Of a stretch of 64,000 nt of DNA, positions 45,197 to 56,766 are shown piece after piece. The stretch comes from an uncultured Thermomicrobiales bacterium (lineage in GTDB: Bacteria; Chloroflexota; Chloroflexia; Thermomicrobiales; UBA6265), in the NCBI GenBank assembly GCA_902806325.1, contig CADCWE010000031.1, forward strand, positions 16,112 to 80,111, given 5' to 3'. Numbering within the stretch: position 1 is the first letter of the stretch; the number at the start of each line of letters is the position of its first letter. The notes under the pieces are model-generated. The model did not search any database, was not told the DNA's origin, and saw nothing but the letters and a program-made list of their open reading frames with translations. The position numbers and the translations under genes were made by a program.

Positions 45197-46444
45197 CTAT
45201 GGCGCCCGCAGAATCAGCGACACGTTGTGCCCGCCAAACCCCATCGAGTTGGTCATCGCTGTCCGCAGCGGGGCGGACCGCGCCTCGTTCGGCACGTAAT
45301 CGAGGTCGCAGGCCGGGTCCGGCTCGAACTGGTTGATCGTCGGTGGGATGCAACCGTCGCGCAGGGCGAGGACGCAGATCGCCGCTTCCAGCGATCCCGC
45401 CGCCCCGAGCAGGTGGCCGGTCATGGACTTGGTCGAGCTGATCGGCAGCCGGGCCGCGTGGTCGCCGAAGGCGCGCTTGATCGCCAGCGTTTCCAGCTTC
45501 TCGTTCAGCTGGGTCGAGGTCCCATGGGCGTTCAGGTAGTCGATCTCGTCCGGACGCGTCCGCGCGTCCGCCAGCGCCAGCGTCATCGCCCGCGCCGCGC
45601 CGTCTCCGTCCGGCGCCGGTTGGACCATGTGGTTGGCGTCATCGGTCGTAGCATAGCCCGCGACCTCGGCCAGGATCGTCGCGCCGCGTCGTTCGGCCCG
45701 ATCCCACTCCTCCAGCACCAGAACGGCGCCGCCTTCGGCGATCACGAAGCCGTCGCGGCCGGCGTCGAACGGCCGGCTGGCCGTCGCCGGTTCGTCGTTG
45801 CGGGTCGATAACGCGCCCATCGCGTTGAACCCGCCCACCCCCAGTTTCGTCACCGCGGCCTCGCCGCCTCCGGCGATCATCGCGTCTGCCAGCCCGAGCC
45901 GGATCATGGTCGTCGCCTCGCCGATCGCATGGGCCGATGAGGCGCAGGCGGAAACGGTCGCCAGGTTCGGTCCCTTGGCGCCGATCGCGATCGCCACCAA
46001 GCCGGCCGCCATGTTCGGCAGCAGCATCGGAATAAAGAACGGATTCATCCGGGACGGCCCGTGCGCGGCCAACGTTTCCGCGCCCTGCTCGATGGTCTCC
46101 ACCCCGCCCATCGCGGTGCCGATGAGGCAACCGACCCGCGTCGCGTCCTCCTGCTTCGCGTCGAAACCGGCCATGGCGACCGCTTCGAGCGCGGCGACGA
46201 CGCAAAACTGGCTGTAGCGGTCCATCCGCCGCGCCTCTTTGCGCCCCAAGGTCGCCACCGGATCGAAGCCGGTTACCTCGCCCGCGAACCGGGTCGCAAA
46301 ACCCGTCGGATCGAACCGCGTGATCGGTCCAATCCCCGATCGTCCGTCTCGGACCGCGGCCCACGCCGCCCCGGCGGTGTTCCCGGTCGGACAAACGACC
46401 CCGACACCGGTGACCGCAACCCTTCTTCTGGATCCTTGGTCCAT
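45197..46444 (-). CDS. fabF: 3-oxoacyl-[ACP] synthase II
   Basis: ATG 46444 after GGGAGGA. Motifs: 'VSACASSAHAIG' (active Cys), 'NAHGTST', 'NSMGFGGHN'. Confidence 0.93.
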   Translation of the reverse strand: MDQGSRRRVAVTGVGVVCPTGNTAGAAWAAVRDGRSGIGPITRFDPTGFATRFAGEVTGFDPVATLGRKEARRMDRYSQFCVVAALEAVAMAGFDAKQEDATRVGCLIGTAMGGVETIEQGAETLAAHGPSRMNPFFIPMLLPNMAAGLVAIAIGAKGPNLATVSACASSAHAIGEATTMIRLGLADAMIAGGGEAAVTKLGVGGFNAMGALSTRNDEPATASRPFDAGRDGFVIAEGGAVLVLEEWDRAERRGATILAEVAGYATTDDANHMVQPAPDGDGAARAMTLALADARTRPDEIDYLNAHGTSTQLNEKLETLAIKRAFGDHAARLPISSTKSMTGHLLGAAGSLEAAICVLALRDGCIPPTINQFEPDPACDLDYVPNEARSAPLRTAMTNSMGFGGHNVSLILRAP

Positions 46445-46821
46445 GACCGCATCCTCCCTCATTGCCGTGGCAAATGATAGATCGTTTTGGGGCGAAGGGG
46501 ATATGTCGTGCGGCCGGCGCTCCTGTGCGCCCGTCTCCACGTCTCCACGTTGCCGCCTTGTCCTACCCCGGTGACCGTGCTACCCTCCCTTCGCGGCTGG
46601 CCCTGCGGTGTTCGTGATGATCTTCGTGGTCTTGAGCCAACAGAAAATAGCCGGGAGCTGCTAGCCGGGAGCGACCGCTCGCGGGGTTGTGGCGCCCACC
46701 TGCGAAAGCAGGTTCAAGGCTCCGATGCACACGGCACAGGCGGGGTCCGCCGCCTTCCTTCCGCTCCCGCTGACCCGCCCACCGCCATCCGATCACCCCG
46801 CTCTCCAGTACAGGAACGCCC

Positions 46822-47868
46822 GTGATCGCCATCGTCCACGGCCCCGACGCCGCCACCGCGCGGGCCGAGGTCGCCGCCCTCGTTCGCGCCCACGACCCGG
46901 CGGGGACCAGCACGTCCCGCCTGGATGGTCGGGTCGTCGGCGTGCCCCAAATCCTTGGGGCCGTCGCCAGCGTCGGCTTCTTCGCGGAGCCGCGCGTGAT
47001 CGTGGTCGAGGATTTCCTGTCCCGCACGGCCAAAACCCAAGACGGCGACGCCGACGCCAAAGGCAAACCCGCCACCGATTTCGCGGCGCTGTTTGCCGCC
47101 GTGCCCGCCGATAACGTCCTGGTGTTCCTCGACCAGACGCTCGCCGCGCTCCCGGTGGCCGTCCGCAAGTCGCTCCCTGCGCAGGCGCGGGTCATCGCCT
47201 GCGAGCCACCTCGCGGTGCCGCCCTGATCGATTGGCTGGTGCGCATCGCCAAAGACAACGACGCGGACCTTTCGCCCCGAGTCGCGCGTGGCCTCGCTGA
47301 GCGCCTCTACCCGCAAACTTGGTCCACCAAACCGAACAACCCGGCCTTCGACCGCCCGCCCGACCTCGATCGCCTCGCCAACGAGATCGCCAAACTCGCC
47401 CTCGCCACCCACCCGTCACCGATCTCCAGCGACGTGATCGACGCCATGGTCCCCGCCGGCGACAACGACCAACTGTTCCGCTTCGCCGAAGCCGTTGCCG
47501 CCGGCGCGGTCGGCCCGGCCACCGTCGAGTTGGGTCGCTTGCTCGACGCCGGGGAAGAGCCGTTCAAGCTGGCCGCCCAGGTCCAACAGCAAGCGGAGCT
47601 GGCGATCGTCGCCGCGGCGGCGGGCGGCCGCGCTGATCCGGTCGGCATCGGGAAAGCATTGGGCCTGACCAACCCGAACCGCATGATCGGCGTTGTCAAC
47701 GCCCAGCGGCGGTTGCCGCCCGGGATGCCGCGTGCCGCGCTGGGCGCCGCCATCGCGTCCGACCGCGGCATCAAGCGCGGTCTCCTGCGGCAACCCGAGG
47801 ACTCACTGTACGCGCTCATCGCCGCGACCGGGTCGGCCGCCGGCACGCCAAAACGGGGCGACACTTAA
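46822..47868 (+). CDS. holA: DNA polymerase III delta subunit
   Basis: 348 aa. It aligns by eye to B. subtilis HolA blocks ('FFAEPRVIVVED', 'LDRLANEIAKLAL', 'LFRFAEAVAAG...LLDAGEEPFKLAAQV'). The classic holA/rpsT convergent synteny supports the call. Confidence 0.75.
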   Translation: MIAIVHGPDAATARAEVAALVRAHDPAGTSTSRLDGRVVGVPQILGAVASVGFFAEPRVIVVEDFLSRTAKTQDGDADAKGKPATDFAALFAAVPADNVLVFLDQTLAALPVAVRKSLPAQARVIACEPPRGAALIDWLVRIAKDNDADLSPRVARGLAERLYPQTWSTKPNNPAFDRPPDLDRLANEIAKLALATHPSPISSDVIDAMVPAGDNDQLFRFAEAVAAGAVGPATVELGRLLDAGEEPFKLAAQVQQQAELAIVAAAAGGRADPVGIGKALGLTNPNRMIGVVNAQRRLPPGMPRAALGAAIASDRGIKRGLLRQPEDSLYALIAATGSAAGTPKRGDT

Positions 47869-47918
47869 GTGCCGCCCCGCCGGGTCGTCGCATTTGCCCG
47901 GGAACCGGAGCCGCGTCG

Positions 47919-48200
47919 CTACGCCGAGGCGGCCGTCGCGCCCATCCGGTTGAACTTCGCCATCAGGCGGGACTTGCGGCGCGCCGCGTTGTTGCTGTGG
48001 ATGACGCCCTTGCTGGCGACCCGGTCCAACATGCTGATCGCGTCGCCAACCGCCGCCGTCGCGGTGTCCTGGTCGCCGGCGCGGATCGCCAGCTCCGCCT
48101 TCTTGACGAACGTCCGCGCCGCCGTCCGATACGGACGATTCCGCGCCCGCCGCCGCTCCGACACCCGGATCCGCTTCCTCGCCGATTTGCTGTTTGCCAA
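47919..48200 (-). CDS. rpsT: 30S ribosomal protein S20
   Basis: The TTG start at 48200 gives '(M)ANSKSARKRIRVSERRRARNR...', which matches the canonical S20 N-terminus. The longest ORF (GTG 48254) adds 18 non-homologous residues. Confidence 0.88.
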   Translation of the reverse strand: MANSKSARKRIRVSERRRARNRPYRTAARTFVKKAELAIRAGDQDTATAAVGDAISMLDRVASKGVIHSNNAARRKSRLMAKFNRMGATAASA

Positions 48201-48287
48201 CCCGAACCGCCCTTCGCTGGTCTCGTTACCGTTCGACTCTATCCGATCGGGCACGCCAACACGCGGCGCCCACGATGCGCTGGCCGC

Positions 48288-48316
48288 ATCCTACCAGAAC
48301 GGGCACGCTGACTCAA
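48288..48316 (-). promoter_or_regulatory. Promoter TTGAGT-17 nt-(TGG)TAGGAT on minus strand for rpsT
   Basis: The plus strand reads ATCCTACCA at 48288-48296 and ACTCAA at 48311-48316. Confidence 0.5.
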
Positions 48317-48467
48317 GGGTGCCCGGGGGACGGTCGTGACCGCGCCAGGACGGTCGTTCCCGATCGCCCGTCGCCCGAACGCGGCCGCCACGGATGTCGG
48401 GCCGATGCACGCCGCCCCAACGGCCGAGTTGCCGACCGCCGAATTACCGGCGGTGCAGTCGTCGGTG

Positions 48468-50048
48468 ATGCGCAGCGCAGCCGTGATCGGGATCGCGTTC
48501 ATCCTCAGCCGCCTGCTCGGCGTCGCCCGCGAGATCATCCTCGGCTACCAGTTCGGCACCAGCGGCGAGTACGACGCCTACGTCGCCGCGTTCCGGGTCC
48601 CAGACCTGTTGTTCCTGGTCATCATGGCCGGATCGTTCGGATCCGCCTTCATCCCGATCTTCGGCGGGATGCTGGTCCGGGGTGACCGGCGCGGCGCCTG
48701 GCGCCTTGCGTCGGCGGTAATCAACCTCTCGGTGCTGATCACCATCGCATTCTCGTTGGTCTGCATGATCCTGGCCGAACCGCTGGTTCGCTACGTCGTC
48801 GCGCCGGGTCTGAGCCCGGAGAACCGCGCCATCTGCGTCGATACGATGCGGGTGCTGCTGCTCTCGCCGATCCTGCTCGGGCTCGGCATCGCCGCCAAGG
48901 GTATCCTCGAGGCCCATCACCGGTTTGGGCTGGCCGCACTCGCCCCGCTCGTCTACAACGCCGCAATCATCGGAGGAGCGCTGGCCCTCGGCCCGACCTT
49001 AGGCGTCTTTGGCGTCGCGACCGGCGTGCTGATCGGCGCCCTCGGCCACGTCGCAATCCAGATTCCCGGGCTGATCCATGCCGGCATACGCTACACGCCC
49101 CGGTTTAGCCTCCGTACGGAAGGGTTGGCCCAGGTCGGGCGCCTCCTCCTGCCACGCGTGATTGGCCAGGCGGCGTTCCAGGTCAACTTCATCGCCGTCC
49201 AGTACTTCGCCTCGAACGCCGGCGAAGGCCGGGTCTCGGCGCTCAACTACGCCTGGCAACTCATGATGCTGCCCCACGGCGTGATTGCGCTCAGCATCTC
49301 GACCGTCATTTTCCCGACCATGGCTCAGCTCTTCAGCCAAGGTAAGACCGACGAGTTGCAAGCGACGTTCGGTCGCGCCTTGCGCCCCCTGCTGTTCCTC
49401 AGCGTCCCCTCCGCCGTCGGGCTGTTCGCGTTCCGAACCCCGATCGTACAGACCATCTTCCAGCGCGGCGAGTTCGACGCCGGATCGACGCGGATGGTCG
49501 GCGAGGCGCTCGTCTTTCTCGGCCTCGGGCTGGTGTTTTACGCCTTGGTCGAGATCCTGACCCGCGCCTTCTACGCGATGCACGACACCCGGACTCCGGT
49601 CATCGCCGCCGTCGTCATCATCGTCCTCAACGTCGCACTGGCGGCGGCCTTGGTCGGTCCGCTCGACCTGGGGGGACTGGCGCTCGGGTTGACGGCGACG
49701 ACCGGGATCGAGGCGCTGATCCTCCTCTACGTGCTCCACCGACGGATCGGCGCCCTTTCGCCGGAGTTCGCCGCCTGGTTTGCCCGGCTGGCATTGGCCG
49801 CCACGCCAATGGCGTTGCTGGCCAACGGCGTTGCTCATCGGTTGACCCGCGCCACCGAACCCGGCGTCGCCGCCCGACCGGTGCAGTTCGCGTTGCTCGG
49901 GTTCGCGTTGGCGCTCGCCGGGGGCACGTTCGCCGTCGCCGCGTCGTGGCTCCGGCTGGAGGAGTTGGACGAGACGCTGGACCGGGTCGCCGCCCGCGCC
50001 CCGGCCCTGGCGCGACCGGTCCGCCTTGCCCTCGGTCGTCGCCCCTAA
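48468..50048 (+). CDS. murJ: Lipid II flippase MurJ/MviN
   Basis: 'MRSAAVIGIAFILSRLLGVAREIILGYQFGTSGEYDAYVAAFRVPDLLF' with about 14 TM segments. The longest ORF starts at 48336, inside the rpsT promoter region. The start is uncertain. Confidence 0.88.
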   Translation: MRSAAVIGIAFILSRLLGVAREIILGYQFGTSGEYDAYVAAFRVPDLLFLVIMAGSFGSAFIPIFGGMLVRGDRRGAWRLASAVINLSVLITIAFSLVCMILAEPLVRYVVAPGLSPENRAICVDTMRVLLLSPILLGLGIAAKGILEAHHRFGLAALAPLVYNAAIIGGALALGPTLGVFGVATGVLIGALGHVAIQIPGLIHAGIRYTPRFSLRTEGLAQVGRLLLPRVIGQAAFQVNFIAVQYFASNAGEGRVSALNYAWQLMMLPHGVIALSISTVIFPTMAQLFSQGKTDELQATFGRALRPLLFLSVPSAVGLFAFRTPIVQTIFQRGEFDAGSTRMVGEALVFLGLGLVFYALVEILTRAFYAMHDTRTPVIAAVVIIVLNVALAAALVGPLDLGGLALGLTATTGIEALILLYVLHRRIGALSPEFAAWFARLALAATPMALLANGVAHRLTRATEPGVAARPVQFALLGFALALAGGTFAVAASWLRLEELDETLDRVAARAPALARPVRLALGRRP

Positions 50049-50057
50049 GCGCTGCGC

Positions 50058-50063
50058 TATACT
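50058..50063 (+). promoter_or_regulatory. -10-like TATACT upstream of lepA
   Basis: In the context GCGCTATACT, 70 nt before ATG 50133. It argues against the 50067 start. Confidence 0.35.
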
Positions 50064-50132
50064 TTCGTGGCGGCGTTCGCGCCCCAACCACCTCCGAACC
50101 GTGACACGACGCGCGACCAACGAAACCGGCGT

Positions 50133-51998
<1,866 letters not shown>

Positions 51999-51999
51999 C

Positions 52000-53331
52000 A
52001 TGACCGCCGCCGTGACGGTGGTCGGTCTCGGCCCCGGTTCCCCTGACCTGCGCACGCTCCGCGCTCAGGCACGCCTCGACGCGGCGCGACGAATCATCCT
52101 TCGGACCGGCGTTCACCCCGGTCTCGACGACCTCCTCGGCGATCCGCGCGTGACCGCCTGCGACGACCTCTACGACCGCCTCGACACGTTCGACGCGGTC
52201 TACGATGCCGTCGCCGCGCGCGTCCTCGACGCCGCGGACACAGGGCCGGTGGTTCTTGCCGTTCCGGGGCATCCGCGCTTCGGCGAGGCCAGCGTTACCC
52301 GACTGATCGGCTCGTGTGCGAAACGCGGCCTGAGCCTCGAAGTCGTGGACGGCATCAGTGCCCTGGATGTCGTGGCCACCGCGCTGGACATCGACCCGCT
52401 GAGCGCGCAGCTCCAAATCGTGGACGCCGCCGCCCTCGAAGCCACGCTCGACCGGGAACCCTACGCCGGGGGATTGCTGGCGCTGGATCCGACCCGACCC
52501 TGTCTCGTGACTCAGGTCTACGGTCCCGCCATTGCCTCCTCGGTCAAAATCGCCCTCGGGCGTCGCTATCCCGACGATCACCCGATCGTCCTCGTCGGTT
52601 CGGCGGGAGTGGACGGTGAGGGGACGACGGTTGCCTGCCCGCTCCACCGGATCGATCGCCAATCGGTCGACCACCTGAGCAGCGTCTGGGTGGCGGCGAT
52701 GGACCCCTTAACGTCCACGCGCGCTCCCGAAACGTTGCAACGGATCGTCGCCACGTTGCGAGCGCCGGGCGGGTGTCCCTGGGATCGCGCCCAGACCCAT
52801 GGCTCGCTGCGCGGTGCCGTCCTCGAAGAAGCCTACGAAACGGTCGACGCCATCGACACCGGAGACGCCGAGAACCTTGCCGAGGAGTTGGGCGATCTGG
52901 TGCTGCAAGCGTTCATGCACGCCCAGATCGCCGAGGAAGCCGGGTCGTTCGCGATCGAGGACGTCTTCGCTCACGTCTCCGAAAAGCTCGTCCGTCGCCA
53001 TCCGCACGTCTTCGCCACGGCCACCGCCGAGACACCCGATGACGTGGTGGCGACCTGGAACCGGGTCAAGGCCGAGGAACGGCGGGCCAAGTCTCCGGCG
53101 GGATCGTCGCCCTCTCCGCCCGGCGACGGTTTGCCGCGTTCGATGCCCGCCCTGCTCAGGGCCGCCATGGTGCTCCGTGACCACACGGCCCCCTCCTCGG
53201 TCCCGCATGAACCGGAGGACGTGCTCGGCGACCGTCTGCTCGCGGCGGTCACCGCGTTGGCCGCCGCCGGCCATGACCCCGAACGGGCGCTCAACGACGC
53301 CCTGACCCGAAGCCGGAACCGCACGACCTAG
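52000..53331 (+). CDS. YabN-type protein: tetrapyrrole-methylase-like domain fused to MazG NTP pyrophosphohydrolase domain
   Basis: N-terminal 'VTVVGLGPGSPDLRT...VLAVPGHP'. C-terminal 'GCPWDRAQTH', 'EEAYETVDAI', 'EELGDLVLQ', 'RRHPHVF'. Confidence 0.85.
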   Translation: MTAAVTVVGLGPGSPDLRTLRAQARLDAARRIILRTGVHPGLDDLLGDPRVTACDDLYDRLDTFDAVYDAVAARVLDAADTGPVVLAVPGHPRFGEASVTRLIGSCAKRGLSLEVVDGISALDVVATALDIDPLSAQLQIVDAAALEATLDREPYAGGLLALDPTRPCLVTQVYGPAIASSVKIALGRRYPDDHPIVLVGSAGVDGEGTTVACPLHRIDRQSVDHLSSVWVAAMDPLTSTRAPETLQRIVATLRAPGGCPWDRAQTHGSLRGAVLEEAYETVDAIDTGDAENLAEELGDLVLQAFMHAQIAEEAGSFAIEDVFAHVSEKLVRRHPHVFATATAETPDDVVATWNRVKAEERRAKSPAGSSPSPPGDGLPRSMPALLRAAMVLRDHTAPSSVPHEPEDVLGDRLLAAVTALAAAGHDPERALNDALTRSRNRTT

Positions 53332-53387
53332 TGCTCGTCGGAAACCGCGATCCGCACCGTCTGAGCTAGCCGGAGGAAGACCCGACC

Positions 53388-55205
53388 GTGTCCCCAACCT
53401 ATCCGTCCGACGTCGACCCCGCCGTCATCGGCCGCCTGACCTGTGGCTCCCTCCGCGCCGTAAACGTCGGCGAACGCGTCGAGCTGAGGGGGTGGCTCAA
53501 CCGGCGGCGAGATTTTGGTGGCCTGGTCTTTCTAGACGTGCGGGACCGGTTCGGGGTGACCCAGGTGGTGTTCAATCCCGAACACCAGGCGGCGGCGCAC
53601 GCCGCCGCCAGCGATGTCCGGAACGAGTACGTCGTCCGCGTGTCGGGCACCGTTCGCCGCCGTCCCGCAGGGACCGAGAACCCGAAGCTGGTTACCGGCG
53701 AGATCGAGATCGATGGTGACGCGATCGAGGTCCTGAACCCGTCCAAGACCGTGCCATTCAACGTCAACGACGACGCAGAGGTGGACGAGAGCCTGCGCCT
53801 GCAGTACCGCTACCTCGATCTGCGCCGACCCACGATGCAGGCCAACGTGATCCTGCGCCACCGCTTGGTCAAGCACATGCGCGACTACCTCGACGCCCGC
53901 GGTTTTGTCGAGGTCGAAACGCCGCTGCTGATCAAGAGCACCCCCGAGGGCGCCCGCGACTTCTTGGTGCCCAGCAGCAGCGCGCCCGGGACGTTCTATG
54001 CCCTGCCCCAATCACCGCAACAGTTGAAGCAGTTGCTGATGGTCGCCGGTTTTGACCGCTACTTCCAGATCGCCCGCTGCTTTCGCGACGAGGCCCAACG
54101 CGCCGACCGCCAACCGGAGTTCACCCAGCTCGACATCGAGATGTCGTTCGTCGACGAAGTCGACGTGATGGGATTGGCCGAGGACCTCTACAGAGAATTG
54201 GTCGAAACCCACACCGCCAAGCGTCTCCTCGCCAAGCCCTTCCCGCGTCTGACCTACGCCGAAGCGATGGAACGCTTCGGCATCGACCGGCCAGACCTCC
54301 GGTTTGGCGTCGAACTTCATGACGTCTCGGCGGCGCTCGCCGACACCGGGTTTCAGGCGTTCAAAGGCGTACTCGCGGCCGGCGGCCGGGTCAAGGCGAT
54401 CGTCGTCCCCGGCTGCGCGGCCTACACCAGGCGCGAGCTCGACGAACTGACCGAGTTCGCCAAACGCTCCGGCGCGAAGGGACTGGCCACCATCGCGCTC
54501 ACCGAGGAAGGTGTCCGGTCCCCGATCGCCAAGTTCCTGTCCAAGTACGAACTCACCGCCTTGACCGGAGGCATCGGCGCCGAACGCGGCGACCTGGTGC
54601 TGTTGGTCGCGGACAGCCCGGCGGTCGTCGCCAAAACGCTGGCGGCGTTGCGGACCGAGCTCGGCACTCGCCTCGGACTCGTCGACCAAGACGTGCTCGC
54701 GTTCTGCTGGGTCACGGACTTTCCGCTGCTGGAATGGGACGAAGAAGGCAACCGCTGGGACGCCACCCACAACCCCTTCTCCGGCTATGCCATGCCCGAC
54801 GAGCATCTCCTGGAGACCGACCCGGGCGCGGTCCGCGCCAAGCAATACGACCTGGTCTGCAACGGCCACGAGGTCGGCGGCGGCAGCGTCCGCATCCACC
54901 AGCGGGCAGCCCAGGAGCGCGTCTTTGCGCTGATGGGGCACCGCCCCGAAGATCAGCAAGACCGCTTCGGTGCCCTGCTCGACGCGCTGGAGTACGGCGC
55001 CCCCCCCCACGGCGGCGTGGCGATGGGGATCGACCGCACCGTGATGCTGTTTGCCGACGAGGACAACATTCGCGAGGTGATCGCGTTCCCAAAAAATCAA
55101 CGCGGGGCCGACCTGATGTTCGACGCTCCCGCCCCGGTCACAGCGGAGCAGTTGGACGATCTCGGTCTCCAACTGGCGCCGGCCGATCCGCCGTCAACCA
55201 TCTGA
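53388..55205 (+). CDS. aspS: Aspartyl-tRNA synthetase
   Basis: 605 aa with '[22 protein letters not shown]', '[11 protein letters not shown]', '[20 protein letters not shown]' and 'GGGSVRIH'. Confidence 0.95.
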   Translation: MSPTYPSDVDPAVIGRLTCGSLRAVNVGERVELRGWLNRRRDFGGLVFLDVRDRFGVTQVVFNPEHQAAAHAAASDVRNEYVVRVSGTVRRRPAGTENPKLVTGEIEIDGDAIEVLNPSKTVPFNVNDDAEVDESLRLQYRYLDLRRPTMQANVILRHRLVKHMRDYLDARGFVEVETPLLIKSTPEGARDFLVPSSSAPGTFYALPQSPQQLKQLLMVAGFDRYFQIARCFRDEAQRADRQPEFTQLDIEMSFVDEVDVMGLAEDLYRELVETHTAKRLLAKPFPRLTYAEAMERFGIDRPDLRFGVELHDVSAALADTGFQAFKGVLAAGGRVKAIVVPGCAAYTRRELDELTEFAKRSGAKGLATIALTEEGVRSPIAKFLSKYELTALTGGIGAERGDLVLLVADSPAVVAKTLAALRTELGTRLGLVDQDVLAFCWVTDFPLLEWDEEGNRWDATHNPFSGYAMPDEHLLETDPGAVRAKQYDLVCNGHEVGGGSVRIHQRAAQERVFALMGHRPEDQQDRFGALLDALEYGAPPHGGVAMGIDRTVMLFADEDNIREVIAFPKNQRGADLMFDAPAPVTAEQLDDLGLQLAPADPPSTI

Positions 55206-55225
55206 CGTTATGGCGGGGCATAGGA

Positions 55226-56761
55226 CTAAGGGGATATGTCGTTCGAGGGGACGTTAGGCGGCGGACCCCCGTGATAGCCGCGCGCCGCCAGCGCCCGCCG
55301 CGCGGCGGCGTCCTCGTCCCAGGGTCGCTTCTCCCGGCCCCAAATGATGCTGCCTTCGTGCCCCTTGCCGGCCAGCAGCACGCAGTCGCCCGGTTTGGCC
55401 ATCGCGATGGCGCGCTCGACGGCCTGTTCGCGGTCGACCAGCCGCGCGAACGTCGTCCCTTCTTTGCCACCCACGGCGACCGCTCCGGCCGCGATCTCGG
55501 CCACGATCGCCTCCGGGTCCTCGAACCGGGGATCCTCGCTCGTAAAGACGGAGAAATCCGCCAGTTCTGTCGCCGCGGCGCCCTGCACCGCTCGCTTCTC
55601 GACATCCCGCTCCCCGGCGCTGCCCATGACCAAGATCAACCGTCCCCCCGGCGTCAGCGTCCGCAACAGGCCGAGCACCTTGCGCAACGACTCCGGGGTG
55701 TGCGCGTAGTCGATGACCACCGAGAACGGTTGGCCCTCGTCGACCCGCGCCATCCGGCCCGGCACCGGCGGCGCCTGCGCCAATCCTTCGCCGATCTGGG
55801 CCAGTTCCATCCCCGCTGCCAGCGCGACCCCCGCCGCGCAGAGGGCGTTCGCGACGTTGAACCCGCCGATGTACGGCAAGCGGATCGCCACGCGTTCGCC
55901 GAACGCATCGAGTCGGAACCGCGATCCCGTCGCGCTCAATCGAACGTCACTCGCCGTGACCTCGGCCTCGCGGTCCATCCCGAAGCGGACGATTGTGGCC
56001 CCCTTAGCATAGGGAACCATCTCGGCTGCGCCCGGATCGTCCGCGTTGATCACCGCGACCCCGCCAACCGCCCCCACGCGCTCGAACAAGATCGCCTTCG
56101 CCCGCCGGTAGGCCGCGATGGTCTTGTGGTGCTCCAGGTGCTCGTGGGTGATGTTGGTCACGGCGCCGACGCCGAACCGCACCCCGTCCAGGCGGTGAAG
56201 ATCCAACCCGTGGGAGGTTGCCTCCAGCACCGCCCAATCGACGCCGGCGTCAGCCATCCGGCGCAAATACCGCTGGATGTCGGCGGATTCCGGCGTCGTT
56301 TGCCGCGTGCCGTGCGTCAAGACCTCGTCGCCAACGCGCAACGAAACGGTACCGACCATCCCCGTCCGCCTGCCGGCTCGCCTTAAGATGGAATCGACAA
56401 GATAGCTGGTCGTGGTCTTACCGTCCGTGCCGGTGATTCCGATCACGCCGAGACCGCGCGAGGGGTGTCCATAGAACGCGGCGGCCAGCGGCGCGAGAGC
56501 GGCCCGGCTGTCGGGTACGATCAGGACGGGCGCCGGAATCGGAAGCGGACGTTCGGCCAACACGGCGGCGGCGCCCCGGGAGACAGCCTCCGCAGCGTAA
56601 TCATGACCATCGGCGTCGCCGCCAACCAGCGCGGCGAACAGGAATCCCGGTTCGACCGCTCGAGAATCGTAGACCACTCCCCCGATGACGACATCGTCTG
56701 CCCGGGCGATTTGGATCCCGAGTTCGGACGCCAACGCGGACAGCCTGACGGAGCGATCCAC
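55226..56761 (-). CDS. murE: UDP-N-acetylmuramoyl-L-alanyl-D-glutamate--2,6-diaminopimelate (or L-Lys) ligase MurE
   Basis: 'DSRAVEPGFLFAAL', 'GITGTDGKTTTS' and 'DYAHTP'. GTG 56761 lies 5 nt after the upstream stop. The amino-acid specificity was not determined. Confidence 0.9.
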   Translation of the reverse strand: MDRSVRLSALASELGIQIARADDVVIGGVVYDSRAVEPGFLFAALVGGDADGHDYAAEAVSRGAAAVLAERPLPIPAPVLIVPDSRAALAPLAAAFYGHPSRGLGVIGITGTDGKTTTSYLVDSILRRAGRRTGMVGTVSLRVGDEVLTHGTRQTTPESADIQRYLRRMADAGVDWAVLEATSHGLDLHRLDGVRFGVGAVTNITHEHLEHHKTIAAYRRAKAILFERVGAVGGVAVINADDPGAAEMVPYAKGATIVRFGMDREAEVTASDVRLSATGSRFRLDAFGERVAIRLPYIGGFNVANALCAAGVALAAGMELAQIGEGLAQAPPVPGRMARVDEGQPFSVVIDYAHTPESLRKVLGLLRTLTPGGRLILVMGSAGERDVEKRAVQGAAATELADFSVFTSEDPRFEDPEAIVAEIAAGAVAVGGKEGTTFARLVDREQAVERAIAMAKPGDCVLLAGKGHEGSIIWGREKRPWDEDAAARRALAARGYHGGPPPNVPSNDISP

Positions 56762-56766
56762 CCGGC

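Noticed and set aside
48417-48449. A short tandem duplication encoding PTAELPTAELP.
   Set aside because: It is an imperfect 15-nt duplication lying upstream of the probable murJ start. It is too short and isolated to be a repeat array.
53332-53387. Looked for a T-box leader ahead of aspS.
   Set aside because: The spacer is only 56 nt, with no specifier or terminator-antiterminator architecture.
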